A stretch of 64,000 bases of DNA from Lama glama (taxonomy: Eukaryota). The position numbers were made by a program, and so were the translations under genes. The stretch spans positions 71,734,001 through 71,798,000 of the forward strand of contig CM052822.1 in the NCBI GenBank assembly GCA_028534125.1. The letters run 5' to 3'. Positions 1-14,959 of this stretch are shown here, one piece after another. Under the pieces are notes generated by a model. The model had not been told where the DNA came from. It worked only from the letters and a program-made list of their open reading frames with translations, and did no database searches. Numbering within the stretch: position 1 is the first letter of the stretch; each line of letters opens with the position of its first letter.

Positions 1-2004
1 CCAAAAGCTCAAGGTAATTTTGGCAGAAGGAGCTGCCAGTTTTGCTAATCACTGAGAACAGACCTGGAACCCTGTTTGCAGTTATGTTTACTCAACCTCG
101 AGAGACGGCCCCCAGAGCTGGAGAAGGAGGGGAAGACAGGCTAAAACTGGCACTTGTCTTCAGAATCAGGGCTGGTCTTTGAGCTCTGTGCGAAGTGTTT
201 CCTCAGTCTGACGCCTGCATTTCATGTAGTCATACTTTCCTTGCGTTCAGCAACCATTTCAACCAAATTCTAGGCAAATATATTGTCCTTAATCACTGTC
301 TTCATACCAGCTCGTTGATGCTGGTTGTTCTTCTAAAATGCTTTTCCTTCGCCTCACCTCTCACCCATTTCCACGATCTCCATTTCCTGCATTTTCTTGG
401 AACCTTCCTGAAACATTATTTCCCTACCTGTCTACTTCCTCGGAATACTCATGTCTCATGTTATTAGCATGATTTCTTTAGCAAATAATCATTCACTGCT
501 TTGTGAGATACCGTGGAGTATGGTCTTACTCTTCATTCCTGCCTGTATTTCCCCAGCTGAATGTGAGGTCCTGAAAACTGCATCCTGTCTCATATTAACC
601 CAGTGTCTATCGTGCCCCAAAGACAGTACCAAGTGCTGAGCAGGGAAAAAGAATTATTTTCTCTTCCAATATGCTTTTTGTATTTAGGAAATTTTTTGTA
701 TAAATTAAAGAGAGAGAAAAGCTAAAAATATGAATGCGTTATTGCCGAATTTATGTGTATTAGAAGCACAAAGAGTTATGAATGGAAAAAGGATGTTTGT
801 GACTTGACATGAAGGAGAGTAACAATGTTTTTCACCCCGAGACTTTCACTACAGCCTCTTGAGACAAGTTCTTAGATATCATTAAATGAACTCACTAAAG
901 CAACCTATAGATTATTTGTGCTCATTTGAATATTAATTCTTCTGTATAATAAATGCATTCTCCCAGCAGGAATTCAAGCTTCGGGAGCAGAGAATAAAAA
1001 AACCCTGTATCATCTGCATGTCTGATAGGTTAAAATTTTCTAATGAAAACATATATTTAGCTACAGTCTATGTCATGCTTTTCTAAAATAACACTCAGTA
1101 ATTTCTGATATACGGTTTTGTTCTGTGAGCAGTGCCTCGTGTGATGGCTCTGTTTTATATTCATGGACACAGTAGCTTATAGTTTACCAGTAATCACAGA
1201 AACTTTTACCACATGATCCAACAGCAAATAAATAAGTTCATTTTCCAGAAGCAAATGAGGACATTCTTACTTATTTATCTCAAAATAGGGGCCATGGCAT
1301 GGGTAAAAGGAATTTACAGATTACCAAGTGTTCCGAATATTGACTCTTTCCTCTTCGGTTTAATATAATGTTTCGTTTTGTAATCCTGCCTGCCCCTCCA
1401 GCACCCTCTTCACCCCATCACCACTGCCAACACAGGAAACGGGTGGATTTAGGATTCACAGGATTCAGCTCCCATGCCGCTCTTTGGTGGAAAGAGTGTT
1501 AATCAGTAGTGAAGGGTCTCAAGTCTTGGCAACAGGAAACAAAATAGAAGAGACCTGAATAATGCACACGCGTCTGTAATGGGCCCCTCAAGACTCCTCA
1601 GCTGTTTGTATACAACATTAAGGAAAGTGTGCAAATATATTATTCCCTTTTATTGGCTGCTCTAATTGAGATGCCTGACAAATTGATAACATAATTTTGA
1701 GACTATTAATGCCAAAGGGAAAAAACCAAACTTGTTGTATAATGTCATGTAAAAGTTTTTTTGTAAATGCCAAGGAATTAATTTCTTAAATAATTTCAGC
1801 AGATTTGTTAACTTTAATTGTGCTCAGTGAATGTTTATGAATGCTTTTTGCAGAGTTTTTTGTTTTCTTTTTTGTAATCCTCGTAATGTTTGCTTTATAG
1901 GTAGTTTAGGAAAACACGGGACAAAGGAATGGGTAAGGTGGTTTGGGTTGTCTGATTCAGGACTAGGTCGGGGTTAAAGAGGTGGGTAGAAATGATGAGC
2001 AAAG

Positions 2005-2080
2005 CGGCTTTGGGCACATGGCTAAAACATTCAGTCTCAGTATCCTGATCTGTAAAATGGGCATAATAAGGTTGCTGGGA
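2005..2080 (+). mobile_element. MIR SINE core fragment
   Basis: ttgggcac...tctcagtatcctgatctgtaaaatgggcataataa resembles the MIR core. Confidence 0.65.
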
Positions 2081-4724
2081 AAAGTGAGAAAACAAAAGAA
2101 GCTCTTAGGACATTTCTGGCCCTTCTTATTTGTAATTATCTTATATTCTTCTGTTTTCAAATGGAGTAGATGATCACATTTTATTCTGTAGCCAAAATGC
2201 TGGCATCATTGAAAAAAGAATCCTGAGTTTTTTCTTTTTTTTTTTTTAATTTATCTATTTAAGAACACCATGTCCTTGTAATTTCAAAAACTGATTTTCT
2301 TTAGTGAGTGGTAGTGGTGATAATACAACCCTCATGGCCCATTGCTAATGTTCAGTGACTCCATCAGTGAGATGCTGAGAGGATGTCAGGGTTCATAAAG
2401 GAGAATCTCCTTGATGTAATGTATCCATGGCAATGCACAGGTTGTTACAGTTCTTGGTTATTCATACATTGTTGAGGATAAAATGAGCTTGAGTCGTTGA
2501 ATTGCTATTGTATCAGTATATACATTTCACATTCTTCCTCCTTTTTGAAAGTTGTGTTCTTTCTGATTTAAGAAAGATTAAAAACACCAGAAATACTGTC
2601 ATTTAGAAAAGAGAGGTCCTGGAAATCTCATAAACCATCACCTGTTCCCTTTCATTACCACCAAACTTAAATTCTACCTTGTATATATCCAGCTGGTTGG
2701 CATGTGGCTCCAAGGATGTACTGTCTAAATATGTCAAGAACATAGGAGCTAATACACCGGCCCTCAATTTCTTCCTTCTTAGGAGTGACAGGCAGAGTAA
2801 CTGTCGCCTCTTCCACATTGCGATAGGTGTTATTTTAAGGTATATCGGGTTGCAAAGTCTCCACTTTAATTGAATATTTTTATGGTACTTACCTGATTTT
2901 CGTTGCTTGTGCGCTGTATTCATCCCTTGGGAACACCAGAAATCTGATAATTTTCTATTTGAATTCCAAGAAGATTGAAAGCTGTGAGACTTTTCAAAAA
3001 CTCTCTGACACATCAGTGCTAATTTGGGTAGAACTTAGCTAGCTCTCACAACAGATGAAAGCATGGGAAACCAGGCAGTGATGACAGTCTTTTAATCTCC
3101 TGCCTGATGGCTTGTCTAAGTGTCATTGGTGAAATGCGAGTGTCTTTATTCTTCTTCTGAGTTCAGGCCAGATGGGCTCCTGTACTTTGCATGGTTGGAA
3201 ATCTCAAAAACACATCATTCCGGGGGTTTAAGGAGTCGAATCTTTCTATATTCCAATCTTTTCCCTCTCTTGCTCATCTTGATTGCAAAACAACTCGTTA
3301 ATCTGCAAACTCTTTCGTGCTTTATTAATCTAAGTTTTCTGTAAGAAATAACGTGAGAACTTGAAGCTTCCCGGGGGGAAAAAGGCCTTAAATATAATAA
3401 AGAATTTGAAAACTGAAACAATAGGCACTTCGGCAAGTCAAAGGAGAAACTTTTTCTTGAAAACTTTTCATAATGACCTGATTCCTTGTTCTGGAACAGT
3501 CCCCTCCCAGAATCCACCACTCCACATGCCCTGCACTGGCACGGTTCACGTTTCTTTGAGATAAATACAGTGATTTTCCACCTGTGTCTGCACAAGTCAC
3601 TCTGGTTTTAACTTGGATTGCTTTGAATGAGGAAACAGGTAAGACAACGAAGAACATATAAATGGAAATCTTTTCTTCACCCATGATTTTTTTTTTTAGA
3701 GAAAATTTGCTTTGTCAAGAAACAGACCGATATCGTATTCATGTTTACCTTTGATGAAAAGGGTTCCATTATGTGTAAAACCGTCTTTGGAAACACTTAG
3801 ATTTAGAAATGAAAGGCCACGTATAGCTGCAAACAGTTCTCTTAAAAAAATGGACTGGCTGAACCAGTTAAATAAATAGTTAACTGCATAGCAAGGCTTA
3901 ACTAAAAAAATCTAACAAGAATCATGGGTTCTCTAGATTGAGGTAAGCTAAAGGCATGACGCTATGAAGAACGTGCATTTCCTTGAGCAATAGGAATCCC
4001 CTTCTAAAAAAACATTTTGAGCCCTTGTCTTGAGAATGATAATTTGAATACCTCATGTAATTTGTGTAATTACCAGCTGAAGGTTGGCTGCCTGGTTTTG
4101 TTGGCGTGACCCCAGATGGTCTGTCTCCCCATACTGCAGATGTCCTCACCGAGTATTGTCATGCAGCTCTGAGGAAAGAATGCATGACGAAAATATGACA
4201 CTTTAACAAAAGGGTTTGAAAAAATAGTATGTGACCCTCGATTGTTGTTATAGTGATGACTGTATTTTAAAAGTAGTCCTGAGAATTTCCTGGCCAATTG
4301 AAAATTCACCTTTATAGCCCTCATAGCGTTTAAAAAATACACGTCCGAAGAAGCAAGCGTTTTATCTCCTTTGTAGCCAGCAATGGTTGGGAGTAGAAAT
4401 TAATGTCTCAATGTTCCTGTATCCTGGTGGGGGGCTGTCTCCTTGGGTTTGTCTTCCATGCTCTTTGACCTCCTAGTACTTAACAAAGGCATATACTGGG
4501 TGGAAGCCTTGGTTCTCCAGATGAGGTCTCACAAGTTGAGGATGCTTTTGTAGAAATTCACAACAAAAGCAAAAACAATCAGAAAGCAAACACCAAAAGA
4601 AAAGGACGTGTGTCAATATCTATATAACTTTCCTAGAAAGGATTTCCTTTTATAGGTTAAATGTCAAGTGTGTTTAGTGCAATGGGAGACTATTAGAATG
4701 TTCATCACGATGTTGGTATTAACA

Positions 4725-5050
4725 TATTATTTATCAATGTGTTGTTAATTTATTTTATACTCAGTGACTGTTCGCCTAGCATGTGTCAGGCAGAAATCTA
4801 GATTTAAAGTATAGAGATAAATAAAAATGGTTGATCCCAACTTGGCCTGCTTCAGATGTGGTCTGGGAACAAAACAAATGTGCAGACTCTTACTCTCCAA
4901 AGCAGGAAGTATTCTGTACGGTAGAGGCGTGTCAGAACCAGAAGGGCTCACAACGAATTAATTGTGGTCCAAATAAAGTTATGAGGGAGGGAGTTGTTGA
5001 TGTAGGTCTTCAGTGATAGATAAGATTTAGCTAGAAAGAAACGTAAGTGG
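4725..5050 (-). mobile_element. L2 3' fragment (degraded)
   Basis: Resembles the reverse complement of the L2 3' end (tactcagtgactg...atgtgtcaggca...agagataaataaaa). Boundaries approximate. Confidence 0.4.
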
Positions 5051-5227
5051 CCAGAAAAGTTCTGATCATAGCATAAGGAAGAGCTTAAGTGAAAAACGTA
5101 AGACGATGAGGACTAAGACAATGGAGTGACGTAGTGGAGGTGAAACACGTAATGCCCGTGGGTGATGGGAGATAATTGGGAGAAGCAGACGTTGTGTATC
5201 ACAGGTGATCCTGGAACCTAGGCTGAG

Positions 5228-5281
5228 ATGCGCGTGTGTGCGTGTCCATGTCCGTCTGTGTGTGTATGTGTGTGTGTGTGT
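5228..5281. repeat. Imperfect (TG)n microsatellite
   Basis: tgcgcgtgtgtgcgtg...tgtgtgtgtgtgt seen directly. Confidence 0.8.
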
Positions 5282-8139
5282 TTATTCACACTTGATTCAA
5301 TAATCACCAAGATGCTAGTGAAGTCGTTTGAATATTTATATAAACTGCCTTAGGATATTTTATCTGAGCTATCTTAGAATCTTTTTCGGTCGTTCTATAG
5401 GCTTAATTGAAACAGTGTGAAACTGGAGTTTGAATCCGTACCTAGGATGGATCTAATGATGTGCTGGAAAGGTGATGGTGTTGAAAGGGTCTGGCCTGGA
5501 ATGGTGCATGTGGGCCGCCTGTACCTCGACCTTGCGTATTAACTGCTTAGTTGGGGCAGAGAGCCACCAGGCCAGGTTGCTTGATGCACGGCGCTCTCAT
5601 CGGAGCCGACCGTCTAAAGCTGCTTCCTAGAGGAGAAGGCCAGTCTCTGCGCTGTGCTGCCAGTGTGATTTATCGCTGCTCAGATAGACCGAGAGGTCCA
5701 GGTCTAGGGGAAAATGGAGAGCAAAGGGACGCTGTGTTACAGCTCTGCCTCCTGCAGTGGGCCCAGGAACAGCGCGCCATCGGCCCCAAATCCTCTAACG
5801 GTGTCACGCTGAGCACGTGCCCTTAACTGTGCCGGGGCTGGGCAGCTGAAACCTAGTCAGAGGCAGCTTAACATCTTCACCCCCGCCCAAATCTGGGAAA
5901 ATGGAGAAAAGCCCGGAGTGGGACATTTCAGTCAGAAAACACCAATATTGGGTTATTCCATATTCTTAGAAAGATCATTCCTGCAATTTCATATGATCAT
6001 TATGCAGTGTTTTGTGATTTTGTTTTTAAATGAGGCAACCTGAGAGGCTGCCCAGTACCCAGGTTTATACATGCAAGATTTTAACAAAAATCCTAAAATT
6101 CTTACATGATTACATAAAACTCACCGACGTTCAAGGAACATCCAGAAGCTCTAGAACCTGGTCTGTTTTCCTAATAAACGTACCCCCTTGTTGTTGTTAA
6201 TTACATATTTTATAGAGACCATTATTTAAGAGGTGTGAGTAAAATCGTAAGCCTTGATTAACATTCATATGGTCTGTTTTTGTTTGTATTTTTAGCCGGA
6301 TCTCTGTCTCTGTGACATGTTTTCCAGACCCCTGCAATCCTGACCATGAAAAATACAGGAGGGCTGTAATTTCCCTTGGCGTTGGTATTTTATTTCTTAC
6401 AATTCATTCTAAAGCCAAAGTAGTACCGTCATGTCTCACTTCGCATTTGAACTTGTGATAAATCACAGTGAAATGGGGTCAAGAGAAACCTCATGGCTTT
6501 GCCAGCTCATCAGATTCTTAAAATATCCTATCCTTCCTCCTAGTGGTTTCATTCACTTTCAAAGTTTAATTAAGATCTTTACACTTAAAATTACCAAACT
6601 CAAACTTATTGTTCTTTGCTTCTCTTTGTGTTTTTTTTTAACCTTCAAATACTGCCTTGGGTGTGTAACATTTTGTTATTCTCCTAAGCTTTATATCCTT
6701 TGAAAGTTTGAGAGCAGTATCTTATTTGCCTCCATCAAACATAGATGAATTTTTGACGTATAGAGGGTTGAGGAAAGAATTCTCCAGCACATCGTTAAGG
6801 GTACTCATCCAATGTCAATTGACATTGACGTATCCATGAATACATTTTGAATATGGCCGTGTAAACCTACTTTCTCCTCTTTTTATCTCTCTGTACTGTG
6901 ATTGATATTTTTAAAGTCCTCTTAGTCACATATGGATGATTCGATATTCTTTGGACCAATTCAGGTACCCTCTCCAGACCTTTCAGAGTTCTGTTGCTTC
7001 TTTGTTGCAGTTTGGTACCAGAATTACAAATAGTAGCCCATGGAAACATTGTCTTTGACTGCAGGGAGAGAAAGCTTCCCACTTCATTTTCCTTGGTCTG
7101 GCTTCACTGTGGGAGCTCAGTGAGTCATTTCCTGCCAGGAAGAGTCTACAGTGACTCCTAGATCTGTCCTCCCCTGTAACAAGTTCACTATTCTGGAAAT
7201 ACAAGATTTTCTAATACTCCCGCCTTAGAAAATCACCGTAAACCTATCATGTTAAAGCCACTTTCCACTTTCACATATCCATATTTTATTGCAAAATGTC
7301 CCCACTGGCCTAGATTGTCACTGTGCAGAAGTACTTAGGGTTGTCTACAAACATAAATTATAAATTGTACATTTTTTCTGTTTCTTCATCATTAACATCA
7401 AATACGCTCTCTGGATTTTGTTAGCGTGTTTATACCAAAAAAACACATGATAAAACCACTCACTGTTCTCTTCATAACAAAATATTACAATAATTATTTG
7501 TAATTTGAATATCATTTCTGTTGAATTTTGCCCAAGTGTGTGTGTGTTTCTTCAAACTGGAAAACCATCAGATAAAGGACCTTTCTTGAGCCTTAGGTTT
7601 ACTTTTCTAATCAAAGAACTTTATTGTATTTGCCAAATGTCGTAGTGATAGACATTTTGCATGTTTCTAATTCATTATACTTGGTGTATGTATTTGGTAT
7701 TCAGTGATTCTGCTTATTATATAGAGGATACCAGTTTGCTGTCTGTGGAATTAAGAACCATTAATCATAACTTATAGTCACTCGTAGAGACAGTTTAAAT
7801 ACACTTATCAGATGCCTGGCTGTTGTAGGTCAAGAGGCTGAGCTCCTCGCCTTCTGATAAACTTTTGCATAAAAGAATGAAGCATTCAGACCCTTGTCAT
7901 TTTATCCTACTTTGGGGATAGTAAAAGAGGAAGCAGGCTGAGATGAACATGAGGGAAAGCATGTGATACTTTAGCCCCTGAAGGGAGAAGTTCATAGTTA
8001 CCAAGTTACCGTTTCATTTGTTTCTCTCCCTCTGCATGTGCCAACAGTTGTTTAGCAACTTTTATATCATTTTGAGACAAACGAATAAATCGTTGAGATG
8101 CAGATTTTGGTCAGGGAGACACGGTGCTTAGCATATAAT

Positions 8140-8420
8140 CTTTTCTAAATTAAAGCTTTATTTTAAGATAATCACCGATTCACCTGCATTTGCTAAAAAT
8201 AATGTAGAGAGATCTCATGTCCCTTTTTATCCAGTTTCCCCCAATGGTAACATCTTGGCAAAACTCCAGTACAGCATTACAAACCAAGATACTGACATTG
8301 GCACAGAAAGGTTATGAAGGAGTTCCATTACCTCAAGGACCCCTTGTGTTGTCTTTTTATAGCCACACCTACTTCTCTTTCTCCCTGAATCCTCCCTGAC
8401 TCCTGGAAGCCACTACTGCT
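8140..8420 (-). mobile_element. Ancient L1M (L1MB/MC-like) 3' UTR fragment
   Basis: agagatctcatgtcccttttt-atccagtttcccccaatggtaacatcttg...aaccaagatactgacattg is a typical L1M 3' end in antisense. Confidence 0.7.
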
Positions 8421-9029
8421 GTATTCATAAACCAGAGTATCTGTTCCTCTCCAAGTCTGTTCTGCCGGAAGCTGCCACCCTGTGACTGTGACACACTTAG
8501 TGTGGCTTCCAGACTTCTGCCCTCCGTGGATGTTTGCTTCCAGCTGCTTTTGGAATCCTTTCATCACCACTGGAGATGCAATTGAATCCTCCTGGTCGCA
8601 AAGCTGTTTGGGTTTCACAGTAATATTGTAAGAAGCTCATCACACCCCTAAGTGTTGTTTTCCACACTTGGTTTCCTAATTTGCATATGCAGTCAGTGGG
8701 GCCAACGTGGAGACCAGTTCCTGTTGAGTTCCTCTATTTCCCCTAATCTCTAGCTGATCCCAATTTAATCTCAGTTGGGAACACTTTTCTCATTTCGAAT
8801 TGAGGCACAGTCTTTAGATACAGTCTCAATTGTTTTCTTTATAGCCTTGTTATTAACACTTAGTGTCCAGTATCTAATCCAATGACAGTCACAAAGTAGC
8901 CCATCTGTGGCAAGAAAGAGAAGAATGTAGTTCACTACAGAGAGGACTGAGTTTAGAAATGACAGCGAAGCTGACTTTTCTAAGCACATGCTACTAATTT
9001 GTATTGTTCAGTTTAAAATCGAAGAAAAG

Positions 9030-9335
9030 TTTACTTTTGTGTGATGGAATTCTTCTGTATCACAATTGGTGGAGGTTACATGGATCTATACAAGTGGTAA
9101 AATTTGTATGCACTCTCCCCCCAAAAAAGACTGGATGTTAAAATTAGTTAAATCAGAGTAAAGTTTGTCGTTTAGTTAATAATATTTTGCCAATGTCAGT
9201 TTTCTGGCTTTGATGATTGTGCTATGATTACATGAGGTGTTGCCATCGGACAAGGCAAGGCAAGGAGTACAGAGGACCTCTCTACGCTATACTGTTTTTG
9301 CAGCTACTACATTATTTAATTTCAAAATGAACATT
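9030..9335 (+). mobile_element. Ancient L1M (L1MC/MD-like) 3' UTR fragment
   Basis: gtgatggaattcttctgtatc...ggtggaggttacatgga...ccaatgtcagttttctggctttgat...gacctctct...tactgtttttgcagct. Confidence 0.7.
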
Positions 9336-11614
9336 TTAGAGGCAGACACTTATAGATTGCCATAGTGATTTGAAGTTTGTCTCTCTCCTCTGTGTATCTG
9401 TGTGTGGACATTAGGTGTATATGTCTCAGGGAGCTCAGTGTGTGTGTTCATTTGACATCATCAGTTTCTAAAGCTAGAAAGCCTGAGTGTGTTCACATTG
9501 CTCGGAGATTCTCGTTGAATATGAAAAAGAGAGTAGGGTCCCGAGCTATCCGTGAAACCACTATAACACACGGTGTTTCTGTGAAACGCAGATCATTTCC
9601 CAGTAGAAAGAAATGACGGTAGAACGCTTCTGTCAAAACTGCGTAAGTAAATTGACTGGAGTCCAGAGTCTGAGTCTTATGTTTCATCTTGGCTTATTCA
9701 AAATGTCACTGAATCAGAATCACTCTGATAGCCACATTATGAACAATGTATGTTTGCTCCATTGATTTCATCGCTTGATTCGATTTTAAAATGTCTTAGA
9801 TGTTTATTTATATAGTATTTACGTAAGTCAAGAAATAAATATTTCCTTCATATCCCAGTAACCATTGAATATGAAAATTAATACATAGTTTCAAATAATA
9901 TTTGGATTATTCTTAAAATGTCTAATTTCCATTAGAGGTTTAATTTCACTTTCCTATTGTTTCTCTCCAGGGTGCTATCGTGCTAACACTCTTTTCTCTA
10001 GATCATTCCATAGGATGTTTTCCAAAGACAAGTTGAGTACAATAAACCTGAACAGTATTATTTTATTCCCAAAGTAAACTAATAGCATTAAGCTTGTTAT
10101 TTTCTTTATTGTCACTTATTCAAAAGGGCATATTCAAAGTAAGCTCTCTGGTTTTTTTTTTGTTTGTTTTTTGTTTCTTGTCTTCCCCAGACTCTCTGGT
10201 TGTTTCTAATTTGGCTAACAAAATCTGGTGCTTATTAGCTTTGTCTCAGTGATAAAGAAAAAAATCTATAAAACTAGTGCAAATCTGCATCCATCTCACC
10301 TGAATGCTCTGGGAAGGAAAAAAAAAAACTTGCTCTGAATAACATTTTGTTAAAATAGCTTAAAATTAGAGGGTTTATTTATCTTCAGTGTGTCCTACAT
10401 TCTACCAGCCCCCCCACCTCATTCTTTTAGTTGAAGAAAATGTGTTCAGAAATTAAAGTGCTGATCACTTAATGGAAGGTTTTAAATTATTCAATTCAGA
10501 AGGCAAATAAAATTTTCATATCTAAGCGAAACAGTGAGACTCTAGAATCAAACATTGCATTGTGCAAGGAATTGCTCATCTTTTAATCTAAGAGAAAGAA
10601 TTAAAGATGCAAACTGCAGTATAGATTTTCTGAAAATCAGAAGCTCCAACAGGCTACTTTCCTCAGCTTCTAACTCAAAAGAACCCAATGGTTGTGTATG
10701 CATGACACCAATATAACAAACATATTTGTTCAGCTGAGTCAATTCTGTTAATTTGTTGAAAAGAATCTGTTAAGTGAATCGCTTAGCATCCTATAAACAA
10801 AACAAAGGGTGATAATTGTACAAATTATTCTTTTCAATTTATTGAGTTGGCAACATGTGAACAAAGACAACCTGTGTCTACACGTTGGGTGAAGTAATTA
10901 GGTTCTCACAGTGCAAGACTGTAATTTAGAAAGCCACCTCCTTGGCTAGTATATAAAATAAATGGAAGAAGAAAAAAAAACAGAGGCAGAGAGGACATTC
11001 AGAGAGCTGTCAGGGAGGATGGGGGTTTGAAAAAGTCCGTCCTAGAAGAGGATTAAGAGGAAGAAGACAGAGACTTAAGGGAATTGAAGTCGTTCCTGCC
11101 TCAGAGCCAAAATGAGATCACAATCTTAAAGAGGGAAAGATCCTATAAGGATGCCGAGTGCTCCAAAGTGGTCTCCGAGGGTCAGAACTGATAAAGAAGC
11201 CTCGGATTTCAGGAAACCAGTGGTAGGAGACTTAAGGGGAAAGTGAGTAATGGGACTTGAACCCTTGGAAGTCTGGATATGAAGCTGCCTTTTCATGAAG
11301 TTTGGGAGGTCAGTAAAGAAGGGTACAACTCATAGCGGAAGACATGAAGAGGGTTGAAAGAAGTTTATTGTTGTTTTGCTTGCCATGATCCAATTTTCCT
11401 TTCTTTTTTCTTTTAAATCAGGATACTTGATTTGTTTCCTTAAAAGCGTTAAGGCCAGGGCACTGGTTTTTTGGGGAGGAAAGAATTAGAGCACGAGGGC
11501 ACCATGGAAACCAGGCTAAAGGAATATAAGGAAGGTGGTGTTAGATGAGAAGGGAGAAACTGGTCCAGGTAGGATTTGCCCCATGATGGACAGTGGAAGG
11601 CATCATTTGAGCAG

Positions 11615-11890
11615 TGGTTGCGGATGCTCCACGTTGTTTATTCGTTCATTAGTTGATGGATATTTGGGATGTTTCTAGATTGGCAGGAGTATGAATAAAG
11701 CTACCACAAAAGGTCACATTCAGACTTTTCTGTGAAGATGCATTTTCATTTCTCCTGAGTGGGAGGATTGTTGGGGATGCTTCAGAAGTTGCCACACGGT
11801 TTCCCAAACAGGCTGGACCATTCTGCATTCCTGCAGGTGTGGGAGTTCTATAGCATTTTCACTAACACTTGGTATTTTCAGAGGTTTCTT
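11615..11890 (-). mobile_element. L1M fragment
   Basis: ttgtttattcgttcattagttgatggatatttgggatgtttc...tatgaataaagct...ttcatttctc is a hallmark of antisense L1. Confidence 0.75.
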
Positions 11891-11914
11891 TGGTTTGTTT
11901 TCATGAGCTTCATA

Positions 11915-12260
11915 TTGACATCAGTTCCCTTACCCCTTAAAATCCAAGGGGATGATGCAGACTGGCCCTTCTGGATGCTGCACACGCAGGAGATTTGGAA
12001 CACAGCTAGGGAAAGCGAGGCTTCGGAAACCTCATTCTTTTATAATGAGTTGCAAGCAAACCCACCTGAGCTTTGCCCCACAGGAGGTATTATCTTTATT
12101 GCCCTGGACTGTAAACAAATCTGCCCTCTTCTGGGGAAGGACCACTACATCCATCTCCCCAGCTGCTTGCTTTGCAACCACCCATAAAAAGATGGTCCAG
12201 AATGCAAGCTCTGCTCACGAGCTCTCCAACACAAGTGCAGTTCCTTGTACTGCTTCCCAG
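11915..12260. mobile_element. Probable ERV/ERVL LTR fragment interrupting L1M sequence
   Basis: Composition shifts to LTR-like sequence between two L1M segments. Family not identified. Confidence 0.4.
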
Positions 12261-12289
12261 CAGTGGGCAGATCTTTGAATTGTCCACTT

Positions 12290-13270
12290 AACTTCTTTAA
12301 TATTTATGAGGCTTTTTAAATTATTCATATTGCTTCTTGGGTCATTTTTATTATGTTATATTTTTGTGCTATAGTGATCATTTCATCATCATTTAAATAC
12401 TTTTTGGGATAAAGCTTATTTACAGTATTTTCTTAATTTTAGTTTTAATCTCTGTAGTTATGTCCTCTCTTCATCCCTAACATTGATAAGCTTTCCTTCT
12501 CTGGTTTTGAGAGATTTGTGTCACCAGAGAGCTCCTAATTTTACATATTTTGTAGAGAATCATCTTTTGACCGTCTTGAACTTCATGTGCTTTTTTAAGA
12601 ATTTATTGACACTCTTTTAAATTCTTTCTATATACATTCTTTGAATTTATTACGGCTTTTTTCCCCCTAACTTTACATGCTTAGGTCATTAATTTTCATC
12701 TTTTTTTCTTTTATATTATAAATAAGTCTATCATTTTCCCTCAAAATACTACTTTAGCTGCATTCCACAGTTTTGATTTCTCATACTTTTTTTTAAGCTA
12801 ATTTGCTCTCAGTAGTTTTCAATACCATTATGATTTCCTTTTTTGACCATGATGGTATATTTGTCCCTGTATGTCTCTGCTGTTTGAGTTTATCCAAGAT
12901 TACACTGTTAGTTAGTGGAAAATAGGAATTTTTTTTTTTAATTTCAGAGCTTCTATTTTTGTTTTGTTTTGATTTTGTTTTGTTTTGACTTTTTAGTGAA
13001 TGTAACTTAATTGCATTATCTTCTGAGAATACATTTTGTAGGATACCAATTTTTAGACATCAACTGTGACTTGCTTCAAGGCCTAAAAATACATAATTCC
13101 CATGTTTTTCAATCCATGCTTTGAAGACTATTTGCAGAGTTTTCCCCCAAGAAGTCTACAACATTAAGCATATTAATTCTTTTATCTAAATCTCTGTATC
13201 CTTAGCAAGTTTTTGTCTGGTATGTCCATCAGTGAAAGAAATATGTTTAAATTTTCTGTTATTATAGTGA
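12290..13270 (-). mobile_element. Degraded L1M ORF2-region fragments
   Basis: T-rich stretch with L1 antisense motifs (tactttagctgcattccacagttttgat; atgatttccttttttgaccatg). Confidence 0.6.
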
Positions 13271-14959
13271 TTTTATTAATAAATATTTTTAAAAATTCAC
13301 TAGTAAGAATGACTGTTCAAGAGAACATTTTCTATATGCTGTTATTTTAAAATAACAGGAAACAGAAGATATTCCCTTTTACTTATTTCCTATTGAGGTA
13401 CTGGCTGTGAGAGAAGGGGGAGCATTGTTCAGGGCTTGGAAGCAAGAATGTGCGGGCTTTTCAGGGGAGAGTCCGAATCTAGTTCAACCACTCAGACAAA
13501 AAAAAAAAAAGATGTACAGACTAAGCCTAGCATAAATGAACTATTTCTTACGCACCTACAGCAGAGTAGAGATTCTCTACTCGGCTAGAATTTTCAGATT
13601 CCTTGGCCAAGTTGAGAAACAGCCTTGATCGACACCAACTGTGGCCAGCCTATCTGCATATGTCCATGATTTCTACAAAGCACTTCTTACTATCTTGCCT
13701 CTTATACAGCATATTGCTTTTAATTGCTAAGAATAAATAGGCTTCTCTGACAATAGCCATTATCCCAGTGAATAGGTATTTAAGCTGTGGATCTTTGATC
13801 TTAGAGCAAATTAAAAAAAAAATCCGTCTTCAGATAGCTTAATTTTTCTCTTTTTCTTTTTCTCTCATCTGAAATAAAACTACTAAATTTATAAGGTGGT
13901 TACTATGCTCTTAAATCAGACAGTGCCTCCTGAACTATCTCAACTGATTTGATCAACAATTTTCTTTAAATTAAAAATATTTTCTTTAGCCACTCTATAG
14001 GCCATTACCTATAGAATATGAAATTCAAAAGAGGAAATAAATGTATTCATGAAACAGAGTAAACAGTTTGGGGCAATTTACATGGCCATTGGCACCCACA
14101 CTAAATGTCTCCTTCGTTGTCTTATCTCTTTAGGTTCTTGCTAAATAAAAATACTTTTACATTTAAGTCTTATTAACTTGATTATTCTCACGAGAAAATA
14201 TAAACAGTATGAATAATCTGAGTATCTTGCAACTAAAATGAATTGTATGTCTGCATGATTTTCCTTCAATTTTCTACATCTATTTCAGTGTAAGAGAGAT
14301 GATTTGCATGAACCAATGAAAAACAAGAGTTCAAATTGGTAGGCTTCAGTTATTAGTTTTTGGCATATTTTAAAGTGTGGTTTTAAAAATTGCTCGCCTA
14401 TATCTTGCATAAAAAAGTGATAATTTTTATAGCATAAGTACTGTAACAAAATCTTTTAAATTTGGAGACAACTTGCTTGATAGGAAAAGTAACAAGTAAT
14501 CACAACAAGATAGTTTTTAGCAGCACATTTCAGTAAAGAATTCGGATTTCATTTAGTAAAAAGTAGGGTTTTCCCCAAATTTTTTAATGTAGGCTTTGAC
14601 ATGATTAGTACCACGTTTTATATTGTAGAAGAGTAAGATTGGAAGCAAAGGGGAAAAAACTGGGAAAATATATAATCTCAGGTAGGAAAAATTTAAAAAG
14701 CCTAAACCCTAGAATGAAAATAAATGAATATAAATAATAGTAAATAGAATTTGATCATGAAAAGCTAGAATTTGATCCTCAGAAGCACAGGAGAAGATAA
14801 AGTGAATAGAAGGTAAAGTTAATAGAGCCAAAGATTTTAGGAAAATGGGGATATTGGAAAGTTAGAATTCTGGACATATTTTCAACTCGATATATTCTAA
14901 GGACATTTGGAAATAAAGTTATTGAGAGATTATAATTATAATAGGGATTTTGTACTCGT

